From assembly GCA_951406725.2 (NCBI GenBank), contig OX597814.1, positions 168,516,001 to 168,580,000 of the forward strand: a stretch of 64,000 nucleotides of DNA, read 5' to 3'. Both the position numbers and the translations under genes were made by a program. The stretch comes from Octopus vulgaris. Taxonomy: Eukaryota. The notes under the pieces are model-generated. The model made no database searches. It worked only from the letters and a program-made list of their open reading frames with translations, and was not told the DNA's origin. The first letter of the stretch is position 1; each line of letters opens with the position of its first letter. Positions 12,975-26,982 of this stretch are shown piece after piece.

Positions 12975-13150
12975 TGTCATCATCATCATCATCAACATTT
13001 AATGTCTGATTTCCATTCTGGCATGGGTTGGACAGTTTGACAGAAACTGGCATGGCCAGAGATTGCACCAGGTTCCAGAGTCTGTTTTGGCTTGGTTTCT
13101 ATGGCTCGATGCCCTTTCTAATGCCAGCTATGTTATAGAGTGATCTGAGT
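12975..13150 (-). mobile_element. RTE 3' end
   Basis: (CAT)n followed by the reverse-complemented 3' UTR. Confidence 0.7.
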
Positions 13151-13833
13151 GCATTTACTTGGTGCCAGCACAAGTGCTTTCAATTGGTCCATCACCAGTG
13201 CTTTCTACATGGCACTATAACTAGTAGTTTTCATGTGGAACCAATACCAGTGCTTTTTATGTGACACCATCGCCAGTGCTTTGTAAGTGGCTCCATCGCC
13301 AGTGCTTTTTACATGGCTCCATCACCAGTGCTTTTTACATGGCACCATCACCGTTTATGTGACACAATCACTAATACTTTTTTACATGGCACCATCTCCA
13401 GTGTCTTTTATGTGGAACCAGTACCAGTACTTTTTATGTGGAACCATCACCAGTGCTTTTTACGTAGCACCATCATTAATACTTTTTTACATGGCACCAT
13501 CACCATTGCTTTTTACATGGCACCATCACCAACGCTTTTTTTATGTGATACCATCACCTGTGCGTTTTACATGGTACCATTGCCAGTGCTTTTTACGTGG
13601 CACCAGCACTTGTGCTTTTTACATGGATCCATCAGCTTTACATGGCACCATCATCAGTTGCTTTTTATGTGGCACCATTACCAGTGCTTTTTACATGGCA
13701 CCATCACCAGTGCTTTTTATGTGGCACCATCACCAGTGCTTTTTACATGGATCCATCACTTTTACATGCAACCATCACCAGTACCGTTTATGTAGAACCA
13801 TCAGCAGAATTTTTCACACGGTACCAGCACGCA
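13150..13833. repeat. 26-bp minisatellite (~26 copies), GGCACCATCACCAGTGCTTTTTACAT
   Basis: Direct reading; the unit resembles the RTE 3' UTR motif. Confidence 0.9.
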
Positions 13834-13842
13834 TTCCCTCAT

Positions 13843-13955
13843 AATCATCATCATCATCATCATCATCGTTTAACGTCCGCTTTCCATGCTAGCATGGGTT
13901 GGACGATTTGACTGAGGACTGGTGAACCAGATGGCTGCACCAGGCGCCAATCTGA
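13843..13955 (-). mobile_element. Short RTE 3' end
   Basis: (CAT)n-CGTTTAACGTCCGCTTTCCATGCTAGCATGG. Confidence 0.8.
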
Positions 13956-14339
13956 ACTGTGTGTATAAATACAATAATTCCGTTTAAAGCTTATTCGGTT
14001 ATTCTTTACAATGGTTCTTTGGTTCCATTTGGTTCCAGGGATAATGCCAGTGTGTGATTTAGATTTGGGTAGTGGTATATAAACTGTATATGTGTGTGTA
14101 CCAGTGTGTGTGATATGTGTGTGCATGTTGAGCAACTCATGTACCAAAGCATAATTCATGTGTATGTTTTGAATAATAGTGCATAGTGTGTGTGTGTATG
14201 TGTGTGTGTGTGTATGTGTGTGTGTGTGTGTGTGTGTTTGTGTGTGCAGTATGTATTTGTGTTGAATGTGTGAACTGTGGTGTATTTTGTATGACATCTG
14301 AATAATATGTATGTGATATATTTGAATTGCATGAGTTTG

Positions 14340-14379
14340 TTTGTATATATGTATGTATGTATGAATGTATGTATGTATG

Positions 14380-14438
<59 letters not shown>

Positions 14439-14668
14439 GTATGTACGTATGTATGTACGTATGTATGTATGTATGTATGTATGTATGTATGTATGTATGT
14501 ATGTATGTATGTATGCATGCATGTATGTATGTATGCATGTATGCATGTATGTATGCATGCATGCATGCATGTATGTATGCATGCATGTATGTATGTATGC
14601 ATGCATGCATGTATGTATGTACGTACGTACATACGTATGTATGTATGCATGTATGTATGTATGTATAA
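14340..14668. repeat. (ATGT)n/(ATGC)n microsatellite
   Basis: Direct reading. Confidence 0.95.
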
Positions 14669-15630
14669 GTGTGTGTATATGAGTGAGTATGTTGAGTGTA
14701 TGTGTATGTAACATGTATGTGATGTTTATGTGTTAGTGTTGTTTGCTCTGATCAAATTAACCTATGACAAATGGTGCACCAACTATGACTTACCATCTTA
14801 AGGCATAGTATATCAAGGTCTACATTTACCATGTGGTTTGCTTTTGTTTAGGACAGCAGTGTTTGATTTTGAGAGCATTTTGTCTGATATTTCTAGCATG
14901 TAGAACGACCACTCACAGGACTCTCTTTTTGGCTTGCGTGTGTGTGTGTGTGTGTGTGTTGATGTTTGTCACCACTATTAACATTAGTCTCTCTATCAAC
15001 ACTATAATCTCTACTGACATTATCACCTCCATCATCAATATAGCTATAGTTACCACTATCAACATCATCATTACTAATATAGCCATCAACACTATCATCA
15101 TTATCAACATTATGATCTATAGTGTTGCTATTGTCACTGTTCGCCATACTTTTACTATCAACACTAACATCTATGTCAACTAGATTCCATTTCTTATTGA
15201 ATGTTCAATAAATATACAAACATACTTTCTTGAACACATCTAAAAATCAATGAACAATAGATGGAAGATTGGTGCCATATTTGGCTTTATTAAAAGCAGA
15301 ATGTTGAAATCATTTGAAGGAAATGAAAATATAAGTCACTTCTTTGGAAAGAAATATTTTATAATTTCATACAGATAATGTTTTTTTTATCAACTTTTTT
15401 ATTTGTTTCAGTCAGGGGGTTGTGCCAATGTTAGGGGAAGTATAGTGTTTGTTGTTAGAAGAAAGTTCCTTTCTGGTATCTAGGATTATTGATAGTAAGG
15501 GAGGGTCAGGGGTGATTGTCATGTCAAGCTACTGGAGAAATATATAGATTTTAAACTTTGTGCTTGCGAGAAGAGACTAATTCAGGGCTATGGTTCAGCA
15601 GCTGGGTCTTAAAGAAGAAATGTAGGATTG

Positions 15631-15860
15631 GTGGTGAGATGGCAGAAACATTAACATGCCGGGCGAAATGCTTAGCGCTATTTCATCTGTCTTTACATTC
15701 TGAGTTCAAATTCCACCAAGGTCAACTTTGCCTTTTATCATTTTCGGGGTCGATAAATTAAGTACCAGTTACGCACTGGGGTCGATGTAATCGACTTAGT
15801 CCTTTTGTCTATCTTTGTTTGTCCCCTCTATGTTTAGCCCCTTGTGGGCAATAAAGAAAT
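15631..15860 (+). mobile_element. SINE group B (tRNA head, MetaSINE-like CCTTTCGGGGTCGATAAATTAAGTACCAG core)
   Basis: 16-bp TSD AAGAAATGTAGGATTG; multi-copy family. Confidence 0.85.
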
Positions 15861-16802
15861 AAGAAATGTAGGATTGAGCAGTACAGAATTACAGAATTAG
15901 TAAGGTTTGGTTTTTGCTTGGATTGCTGTGTATGGGCCAATATTTTCCACTTTATGGTGAATGGGATGTTTTTGAACTTCAGTATCCATACATGGGAATT
16001 ATTTGTGTTTGGCTGCACCTGTGGAAATTTTAAAGTTTAGTGAAAATTCTAGAATTTGGTGTATTGATGTACTTTTCCATGCCAAATCTCAGGAGATACT
16101 TCACTTTTTTCAGAACAGTAAACAAATGAAATATTGACATAATTCTGCTTTATGCACATCATATAATCTCCCTCATAACTTTTGGAATTTTCAGAAAATT
16201 TTTATGAATTTGTTTTCTACACATTGGAATCCATACAATTATGCAAAAACAAAAAAGGTTTCTTGCATGAATTAAGGCCTATTTAGCTGTTATTTTTAGC
16301 ACATCTCATGCCACTTGTGTTTTGAATATTTAAGAAGTGACAAAAAGAACACGTGGTAAGCAGTTTGGTAACAGCTTGGTTTGTTATTATGGAAACAGGC
16401 ACCTATAAGTCTGGCTTTTGATTGGCTTAAATTACCACAAATTTGCAAACTTTAAAAGCTATTAACTATTTATTTATTGAAGTATGGTGAAAATGAATTT
16501 CATGCCAATGATTCCCTTACAAAACTACACCAACATACCAAATATGAAATCAATTGGAACAAAAATTGAAGAAATTGTTAGGGTATAAAATGTGTTCATG
16601 TATTGTGCTTTGAACTATTCTTTCAGCCCTCTATATGCGTCTGTGGTTGGTATTGTAGTATCCATGGTAACTATTTTGCTATAAATATTGTTACTTGTGA
16701 GGCAATTTTCATTTAGCAATAGGGATGTTGATGAGGTTAGCTATATGGTTTTGGTTTTCATATTTTCTCCCCCCAAATTTATATATATACATATACATAT
16801 AC

Positions 16803-16960
16803 ATCATCATCATCATCATCATCATTTAGCGTCCGTTCTCCATGCTAGCATGGGCTGGACGGTTCAACTGGGGTCTGTGAAGCTGGAAGGCTTCATCAGG
16901 CCCAGTCAGATCTGGCAGTGTTTCTACGGCTGGATGCCCTTCCTAACGCCAACCACTCCA
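16803..16960 (-). mobile_element. RTE 3' end
   Basis: Near-identical to 19665-19820. Confidence 0.8.
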
Positions 16961-16962
16961 TA

Positions 16963-17329
16963 TTACTCTTTTACTCTTTTACTTGTTTCAGTCATTTGAC
17001 TGTGGCCATGCTGGAGCACCGCCTTTAATCGAGCAACTCGACCCCGGGACTTATTCTTTTGTAAGCCCAGTACTTATTCTATCGGTCTCTTTTGCCGAAC
17101 CGCTAAGTAACGGGGACATAAACACACCAGCATCGGTTGTCAAGCGATGCTGGGGGGACACACACATATACACACACGCATATATATATATATACATATA
17201 TACGACAGGCTTCTTTCAGTTTCCGTCAACCAAGGCTATAGTAGAAGACACCAAGGTGCCACGCAGTGGGACTGAACCCAGAACCATGTGGTTGGTAAAC
17301 AAGCTACTTACCACACAGCCACTCCTGCA

Positions 17330-17334
<5 letters not shown>
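16963..17334 (-). mobile_element. SINE group A
   Basis: Family sequence. Confidence 0.85.
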
Positions 17335-17368
<34 letters not shown>

Positions 17369-18509
17369 GTATGTATAATTTTTGTGCATGTATATTAAAA
17401 TGTAAACATGTATGTAATATATATAATATTTTGGTCAAATCAGTCTTTTGTTACACTGAGCTTCACCTATGAGTACAGAAAATCTTCAGGCAAGTTATGA
17501 CTGAAGAAATGATGGGATTTTCACATCTGCATAAAGGAGTCTTGTTGTAGAGTATTACTTTGAAGGGGAAATGAGATAAAGGGAAAAAAATGAAGAAGCA
17601 AAAGGAAGAGAGAGAGAGAGAAAGAGAGAAAGAGAGAAAGAGAGTGAGAGAGAAAGGAAAGTAAAAAATAAGGAAGAAAATAAAATGAGAAAAAGAAAAA
17701 GAAGAAAATGAAGAAAGTAAAAAGAGGAAAGGATTGGTGTGTTTTATGGGGGTGAGGAATGAAGTAGGGTGGGTAGGTGTTAGAATGGTTGAAGAATTCA
17801 ACTGAAATATTTAACAGAAGAAAACAATAGCAGATGAGTAAATGAATGGAATTTAGAAACCAATGACATTGAAACTGACAAGCCTAAAATGAAGAGAAGG
17901 GAAGAAAAAAAAAAGAAATCTTAACAAAAGGGGTGCTGATTTAGAGTAACGGTCAGCAGTTCAAGGGTATTGTGGTATTGTGGCCATTGTGGTAACAGTT
18001 ATTTGATAAAATCAAGCAGAATAAAGTAAAAAATATTTAAAAAAAAACAAAGTAAAAAATTGGGAATATTGGTAAGAATGTAAAAATATTAAAGAAATAA
18101 ATAAAAATAAATAGATAAAAGTATATTGAAAAATGCTGGGTAAAGGTATTGAAGGATTATTGGAAAACCTATTTAAAATGCTAAAGGTATTGAAGAGTTA
18201 GTTATAAAATGATAAAAATTTTGAGGAATGTGAAAAGAATAAGAAAGTGAAAGAGAGTAAATGCCAAAAATGAGTAATAAAAACCAAGAGAAACAGAAAA
18301 ACAAGAGGGGTGGGTGGGTGTTAAGAACTTGATATGCCAGGATGGATAATCGAATAGATAACTGATTGAGTAAAAGAAGTGAGTAAATAAATTATTGTAG
18401 GAATGATGATGGTGAATAAGGCGAGTAGAAAGAGGCAGAAGAACAAATAATGGGGATAGTAATATTTTTCAGGAAAGTTGAGAAGGGTGTGATATTAAAG
18501 AAAATTGGA

Positions 18510-19015
18510 TAATTATAATAATGATCCTTTCTGCTAAATGCACAAGGCCCAAAATTTTGGTGGGGTGGAGGCTAGTTTATTACATCAACCCCAGTGTTTC
18601 ACTGATACTTAATTTATTGACCTCAAAAGGATGAAAGGCAAAGTCAACCTTTAGCAGAATGTAAAGATAGACAAAATGCTGTTAAGCATTTTGCCTGGTG
18701 TGAGAACTATTAAAAACAAATACATACATGATACAGGTTAAGGTAATACAATAGGAGGTAGTGGCTGATAGAATGATCATGGCAATATTTGGTATATGCA
18801 AGCAATGGATCCTAAAACAGGCCATGTTTATGTAAAGTATGTGCTTCTATTTATAGTGGTTACAACAGTGACAATCTTTTCTACTCTAGGCACAAAGCCC
18901 GAAAATTTTGGGGTGGAGCCAACTGATTAGATCAGCCCCAGTATGCAACTGGTACTTAATTTATTGACCCCAAAAGAATGAAAGGCAAAGTCGACATCAG
19001 CGAAATTTGAACTCA
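18510..19015 (-). mobile_element. Two decayed SINE group B copies (about 18510-18700 and 18875-19015)
   Basis: AAGGATGAAAGGCAAAGTC core in both. Confidence 0.7.
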
Positions 19016-19664
19016 AATGCAGCCTAATGACTGAAGTGAGTAAAAGATAAAAGATAAAAGATATAAACATATTGCTTACTTTGCACAATATTTAAATAAT
19101 GAGCTACAAATAGTTTCATGCTGTAGAGACATAATAATTTGGCAGATTTATATCATACTTTGTGTCTTGAAATAATCCTTCAGGCTCAAATACACATGGT
19201 TAGTCTTATTTGGAAAACAGGACACTGATTTGTGAGAAAACAAAAGAAACATTGAGAAGAGGCTTGATGCAAAAAGTGTAATGAAAAAACAAAGGTTGAA
19301 TAAAAATGGAAAAAGAGAGAAAAGTTAGAAATTCAGAAGTTGCATCTCCATTGCCCCTTGAAATAATAATTATTCTAGCTGGTATAGAATAATGGGGAGA
19401 AGGCCAAACACTGAGAGACACTTGCTCAATCCAAAGATTTGTCTATGTGCTTGCATTTGCTAAAAATTTCAGGCCTGGAATTAAGTAGTAAGGTGGAATT
19501 CTCGGATCTAAAAAAAAAAAGTACGACCTTTCAATGACACATAGCTTGCATCTCTTTGATCCTTTTACATATGGTGTACATTTCTCCATGATGCTTTACT
19601 TGGTTGTATGTGGTGTGCAGTTGGTCTTTAGATCCTATGCATGGTTAGCCAACTTCATGGCTTT

Positions 19665-19866
19665 CATCATCATCATCATCATCATTTAGCGTCCGCTTTC
19701 CATGCTAGCATGGGTTGGACGGTTCAACTGGGGTCTGTGAAGCCAGAAGGCTGCATCAGGCCCAGTCTGATCTGGCAGTGTTTCTACGGCTGGATGCCCT
19801 TCCTAACGCCAACCACTCCATGAGTGTAGTGGGTGCTTTTTACGTGCCACCCGCACAGGTGCCAGA
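19665..19866 (-). mobile_element. RTE 3' end
   Basis: Family sequence with (CAT)n. Confidence 0.8.
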
Positions 19867-19955
19867 TATATATAAAATACACATATATTATACATTTTTA
19901 TCTATCTATCAATTTAGCCATCTTATAAAAATGTGTGTGTGTGTATGTACATACA

Positions 19956-20520
19956 CATGAAGGGGTAACCAGAAGTAACCAGAAACGTTCTCTGTGGGAC
20001 AAACATGTTGTAGTTCAGGCTTGTGCCACTAGAAGCCACTTGATGCGACCCTCAGGCATTAGTCTGCAGACCAGTAGTGTCAGCCAAAGTTGTACTGTCA
20101 AATGGTGCATCTTTGTTTTGTAGTGCTTCTCTCCTGTTCTTTGACTTTTGTGATGGCTGAAATGAAGGAACAGCATGCTTCCATGAAATTCTGTTTTCTG
20201 CTGGGGAAAATGGAGGCTGGAAAAGTTGTCATGTTTCAGACAGCTTACAAGGACACTACCATGAGCAAAACAGAAGTTGATGAGTGGTTTTCATGCTTTA
20301 GAAATGGCCACTATTCGCTTCAAGACTAACTTCATTTAGGATGACCATCAACCTTCTGAATGAATAAAAACATGAAAATTCATGAAATGTTCTTGGATAA
20401 TCCTCACCGAACAATTGAAGAACTTGTTGATATGACTGGTATGTCCTGGAGTTCCTGCCAATGAATTTTGAGTGAGGAATTGCAAATGAAAAGAGTTTCA
20501 GCAAAATGGGGTGTCCTGTA
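19956..20520 (+). mobile_element. 5' half of a decayed mariner transposon (HTH region)
   Basis: MAEMKEQHASMKFCFLLGK...AYKDTTMSKTEVDEWFSCFRNG and [10 protein letters not shown] match the mariner transposase N-terminus; in-frame stops. Confidence 0.8.
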
Positions 20521-20571
20521 CCCATATATGCATATATATGTATGCATGTACATACATGTTTGTACACATGC

Positions 20572-20628
<57 letters not shown>

Positions 20629-20708
20629 CATATATATACATCCCCACAAATATGTATATACACACACAGACACACACACGCACATATATATATATACATA
20701 CATACATA

Positions 20709-20748
<40 letters not shown>

Positions 20749-20813
20749 TCCACAAATATATATATACATACACACACACATATATATATATATAAATGTA
20801 AACATATGTTTGT

Positions 20814-20858
<45 letters not shown>

Positions 20859-20893
20859 TATAAAGAGAGAGAGAGATTATATATATATATATG

Positions 20894-21020
<127 letters not shown>

Positions 21021-21633
21021 CTCTCTCTCTCTTTATATGAATATATATATATATACACACACATACACAAACACATAAGTTTACATTTATGCATATATAT
21101 ATATTTATACATGCACACACACACATACACACACACACACATGCAAACACACACATGCAAACACACACACACACATGCACAAGTGCACGACAGTGAATAA
21201 ACACTTTGTGATCTGCTAAATAGCCAAATATATTCTATTTTCATTCTTCCTCTACACATTGGCCAACTGCAAACTCTCATAGATTTAATCCAAAATATCA
21301 TCATTATCTTCTCTCACCGATATATTTTCTGTCAGATATAATATTTTCTCTCCATTCTACAATCATACATATAACATTTTTACTCCAAATTTTTCCTTTT
21401 CCATTTATATCCAGTTTTATCTCTGCCACAAACACTTAGTTATTGAATTTCTGTAGCTACTTGACTGAATAATGATGAACTATGATAATGTTTGGCTCAT
21501 TTATTTTCACCAATACCTTTGAGCTAAAGCATATATATCTTTGATTATTTCAATTTGTTCTCTTGAAGAAGGTATTATTAAAGCTATTTCTCTCTTTCTC
21601 CCTCTTTTTGTGCTATCTCTTTTTTCTATTACA

Positions 21634-21705
<72 letters not shown>

Positions 21706-21866
21706 CTATGGAGAGAGTGAGAAAGAGAGAGATAGAGAGGGAGAGAGAAGAGAGAAAGAAAGTAGTAGATGCATACACACATATGACCTTGACAGTTTTC
21801 AATGAATGTACTTTTCATCCCAAATAAATACGTGCTATATGTATGTATGTATATCTATATGTATAA

Positions 21867-21924
<58 letters not shown>

Positions 21925-21959
21925 GCATATATAGAAATAGAAATATATTTATACATACA

Positions 21960-21994
<35 letters not shown>

Positions 21995-22038
21995 TCATCT
22001 TCATCATTATCATTTAATGTTTGCCTTCCCTTCTGGCA

Positions 22039-22086
<48 letters not shown>

Positions 22087-22561
22087 TGTATGTATTTGCA
22101 TATGCATACATATATATGTTTACATATATGTGTATATATGCATGCATATATATATATATTAAGTAACAAACTGAGGAAAACAAATATATGTATGTGTACA
22201 TACATCTGCACATATACATACATACATACAAACATACATATGTACGTGTGTGTGTGCATGCGTGTGTGTGTGTGTGTGTGTGTGTGCGTGTGTGTGTGTG
22301 TGTTTGTCCGTGTGTGTGTTTATATAAATAATAATAACAATTATTATTATAAGCTGAAGAATGTTCTCTTAACCATTCAAGTTTTGCAGATGTGACAAAG
22401 AAAAAGGCCAATCAGACTGTATGTAAAACTACAGGATGCCACCAGATATTTTGGATTAAAAAGGCTATTGTATAGGCACAAACCAGGATTTAATCAATTC
22501 TGGTTGAGCCACCTGGGGGAAAGTGTCTGATATTGAAAGACAAAAAGCAACTGATGATACC

Positions 22562-22787
22562 TATTTCTTTACTACCCACAAGGGGCTAAACAAGGCAAAC
22601 AAGGACAGACAAAGGGATTAAGTCGATTATATCGGCCCCAGTGCGTAACTGGTACTTTATTTATCGATCCTGAAAGGATGAAAGGCAAAGTCGATCTCGG
22701 CGGAATTTGAACTCAGGACGTAGCGGAGATGAAATACCGCTACGCATTTCGCCCGGTGTGCTAACGATTCTGCCAGTTCGCCGCCTT
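22562..22787 (-). mobile_element. SINE group B
   Basis: TSD CTGATGATACC at 22551-22561 and 22788-22798. Confidence 0.9.
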
Positions 22788-23232
22788 CTGATGATACCAG
22801 TTTACTGCTCTGATAATGTGTTCTTGTCTCCTCTAGAAGTTGTTATTTTCAGACTGAAACTTGGGTTTGCCAATGAGAACTAGGAATAGACTAGATGATA
22901 ACCAAGAATGATTCAGTGCCTATTGGAATGATAGTTGATGGCACCAAAACAATAACACTGGAGTCATTATGGGCTAACATACTATTCTGTGTCCTATCTC
23001 AAAAGTCATGTTTCCTAGTACAAGACAGTCAGTGAGAGGAGATGGAATTTCACTCAGGTTACAACTTGTTGCACAACACTTCTAGGCCTTCCTACGGTAG
23101 TTGCTATCACAGAATTTAACTTGCCCTCTTAGTGAAGACCCACAATCCTTTGTTTTCATCACAGGACACCGGTCGTCTCTCACAAGCCACTATGTTGACA
23201 GTTGAATGTTCCAATAATGTAAGATCATAAAA

Positions 23233-23450
23233 AGAGGTGGTGAGCTGGCAGAAACGTTAGCGTGCCAGGCGAAATGCTTAGCAGTATTTCGTCTGCCGTT
23301 ATGTTCTGAGTTCAAATTCCGCTGAGGTCGACTTTGCTTTTCATCCTTTCGGGGTCGATTAAATAAGTATGAGTTATTCACTGGGGTCGATATAATCAGC
23401 GTAATCCATTTGTCCTTGTTTGTCCCCTCTGTGGTAGTAAAGAAATAGAT
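23233..23450 (+). mobile_element. SINE group B
   Basis: Family sequence; TSD-like AGATCATAA. Confidence 0.85.
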
Positions 23451-23739
23451 CATAAGACATAACTGTTAGCCCATTAACAGTCTTCCAAATAACAACTACC
23501 TTGGTTAGTAGTCCATTTCTTCTAAGTAACCCTTAACTTTTGGTCACTGCAATTTGGAAGATTGTTTATTTCCTCATAACTTAGGAAATATTTATTCCAT
23601 TCACTTGAAATTTTCACAAAAGATAGATATTAGATATATCTAAACATGTGTAAAATATCTAGTCTCAGCGTGTTGTTAATCTATAATAAATATTTCAATA
23701 CACTTGTTCTTATTGACCCTTATATTATGGCCGCTACTG

Positions 23740-24984
23740 TATATACTCCCAGGAGATCATGAAATCAGGGAAAGAAGAGATCTCAAATTGGACGCATAGA
23801 CTAAAGATTAATGATTCATACTAATGACTATTCAGTGATAGTATTGCATTATGTTTAGATGGGTTGTGGCTTGTGTACATTTTGTAGAGAACTGTTGCGG
23901 CAACAACCTATCTCCTGCTTCATAAGCTGTTGATAGTAAATTTTCTCACAGCATCGTTTCTGTCGACTGTAATAATCCTATGAGATTTCTTTTGTACTGC
24001 GTTGAGTCAGCTGAGTATACTTTGTGAATCATTTATTCAGCAGAGGCAAGCATATCCTAGAATGCTTTGGATTTGGACTTTGTAAACAGCTGCTCTTCCT
24101 TTCTTGTTTGGCTTCTCTGCAATTTTTCATAATACTTCAGTGCAGTTAGATTATATTCAATAGAGATGTGTTCTGTGCATACAAGCCTGCTCTCCATGGT
24201 TTTTTCAAGAATCTGATACAGCTTTTTCATAGGCAGCCTGAAATTCATAAAGAGTAATGGGAAATGAGATAGGCTTCTTTTTCTTAATACAACCATTACT
24301 TTATATTTTGATGGTTCAAATTTTATTTTCCATTCATTTTACTAGACTTTCATCCTGGAAAAATCTCCCTTTAAGCTAGCTGCTGATGGAGATTGCTTTT
24401 TTCTGTTCATTTTCACCAATGCCTACTGTAGAGAGTTGTCAGTGTACGGACACAGTTCACTTTCCACAAGTGTCGACTGAGTCATCTATGAAGGCTAAGA
24501 ACAGAAGTGACACAGCTGTTGAGCCTTGTGAATCTGATGTATTGATTGGTGACCTTGTTGATCAGTGTTAACCCGAAAGGGTGACTTTGATGGATCTCCC
24601 TGTAAGCTATCATTAACATTACTTCAGTAGTTTTTCATGTATTCCTTTGGAATTGAGCTTGGCATCAAGTTTGTTGTGCCAAGCTCTGTCAAGAAGCAAT
24701 TGAAAAAAATGACTTTTAGGTCTCTAAATTTTCCAGTGATTTTGTTATAATGTTTAATCTGTGTTACTTTGATTATCAGATCCAAACCAAACATTTTACT
24801 GGAATATTACCATCCCTTTCTCCTAAGTCATTTTTTGCATGGATCTGAGGAGTGCTTGTTGTTTATATATTCCCAGGAGATCATGAAATCAGGGAAAGAA
24901 GAGATCTCAAATAGGACACATAGACTAAAGATTAATGATTCATACTAATGACTATTCAGTGATAGTATTGCATTATGTTTAGAT
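23740..24984. repeat. 121-bp direct repeats (23740-23860 and 24864-24984)
   Basis: 3 mismatches by eye, offset 1124 bp. Confidence 0.9.
23900..24760 (-). pseudogene. Highly decayed CR1/L2-like LINE reverse transcriptase remnant
   Basis: The - strand reads TSDSQGSTAVSLLFLAFIDD (compare TSGVPQGSVLGPLLFLIFIND) and LYTDNS (compare LFADD). Confidence 0.55.
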
Positions 24985-25867
24985 TAATTTAATTAAAAAA
25001 TTTATAATCAATCAGTCAATTACTTTTTGTTATTTTATTGTTTTTCTCTGACACACACACACATTTGTGTAAATAAAGAATTGCTTTTCTTTCAACCATG
25101 TATTAAAGATATGACCTGTGTTTAAGTATAATGCTTTTTATAAAGAATTTTCCTTTAATTCTATTAGTATTTTCCCATTATTATTTGCTTATGTGTGTTT
25201 TGGCACAACAGCATACCTATGTTCATTAGTCCATTAATGTTCCATGACCTCAATATCATTTTCTGAATGAAACGATACAAGTAATGACAATGTTCTCATA
25301 CTCTGCAATAGATTGCAAACATCACAGGAATAATACTGTTATAGCTGATAAAAATCACCACTACCAGATTTAAAATTATTCAATGGTTAAGTCCCAGTAG
25401 ATTTCATGGTTCATTTCACATGTGCTGTATATGTTTGCTGATTTTTGGTTTCTGCATTCATATTGATAAAGCTTCTATAGTTACTCATCTCATTTTTTTA
25501 CTGGAACTCTATATAAAATAAATAATACTGTCAACTAATGTTTTCTCCGTATGATTTTATTCACATACTGTCTTATAATGAGTTGCATTGGCATCTTGCT
25601 GGAAATGCATGATCAACCAAGATAATGTTATATTCGTGCATCTGGTATAACACAGTTTGAATCATGGATTTTACAGCTATAAATGTATATAATACATTGG
25701 CTGTCTGAAGTACATTTTGTGGTTTGCTAATTCGTGGTTTCCATGTCAATGAGGAGATTCTCCATTCAGATCTTAATGCAATATATTCTAACTATGAGCT
25801 TTCAATGATGCATTCATTCATCCATTCTATAACCAGAGTGCATTTTGTTCTTGTGGTATACTATCTT

Positions 25868-26284
25868 AAGGTGGCGAGCTGGCAGAAACGTTAGCACGCT
25901 GGGCGAAATGCGTAGCCGTATTTCGTCTGCCATTACGTTTTGAGTTCAAATTCCGCTGAGGTCAACTTTGCCTTTCATCCTTTTGGGGTCGATTAAATAA
26001 GTACCAGTTACGCACTGGGGTCGATATAATAGACTTAATCCGTTTGTCTGTCCTTGTTTGTCCTCTCTGTATTTAGCCCTTTGTGGGTAGTAAAGAAATA
26101 TGTATTTCGTCTGCCGCTATGTTCCGAGTTCAAATTCTGCCGAGGTCAACTTTGCCTTTCATCCTTTCGGGGTCGATTAAATAAGTACCAGTTACGCACT
26201 GGGGTCGATATAATCGACTTAACCCGTTTGTCTGTCCTTGTTTGTCCTCTCTGTGTTTAGCCCCTTGTGGGTAGTAAAGAAATA
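25868..26284 (+). mobile_element. SINE group B with internal tandem duplication (dimer)
   Basis: 13-bp TSD GGTATACTATCTT; second monomer starts at about 26102. Confidence 0.9.
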
Positions 26285-26293
26285 GGTATACTA

Positions 26294-26767
26294 TCTTTTA
26301 TCTTTTACTTGCTTCAGTCATTGAACTGCAGCCATGCTGGACACCACCCTGAAGAATTATAGTTGAACAAATTGACCCTAGCACTTAATTTTTATTTTTT
26401 TAAGCCTGGTACTTCTTTTATTGGTCACTTTTGCCAAACTGCTAAGTTACAGGAATGTAAACACACCAGCACTGGTTGTCAAATGGTGGCAGGGGACAAA
26501 CACAAACTTAAAGATACACACGGACACAGACTCAGACACACAGACACACACGCATGTGTGCACATATGTATATGATGGGCTTCTTTCAGTTTTTGTCTGA
26601 CAAATTCATCCATGAGACTTTAGTTGGCTTGGGGTTATAATAGAAAACATTTGCCCAAGGTGCCATGCAATAAGAATGAACCTGGACCCATTTGGTTAGG
26701 AAGTTATGGGGATGTAATCACAACACCATTGGTTGTCAATGAGGCTGGGGACATATTCAGTCACAAA

Positions 26768-26831
<64 letters not shown>

Positions 26832-26982
26832 TACGACAGGCTTCTTTCAGTTTCCATTTACCAAATCCACTCACAAGGCTTCAGGTTGAAGACACTTGCC
26901 CAAGGTGGCATGCAGTGGTACTGAATCTGAAACCATGTGATTGGGAGGCAAGCTTCTTACTACACAGTCATGTCTGTGTTTA
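26294..26982 (-). mobile_element. Two partial SINE group A copies
   Basis: Family sequence, junction at about 26700. Confidence 0.75.

Noticed and set aside
13287-13911. His/Cys-rich ORFs of 104-185 aa
   Set aside because: Translations of the 26-bp minisatellite in several frames.
13863-14714. 283-aa ORF and other long YI/HT/CV ORFs (e.g. 20404-21304)
   Set aside because: Stop-free di- and tetranucleotide microsatellites.
22800-23190. Possible further LINE RT remnant
   Set aside because: Motif similarity too faint to support by eye.
23740-24984. LTR retrotransposon or TRIM
   Set aside because: The repeats lack TG...CA, PBS, PPT and TSD; the interior resembles a non-LTR RT.
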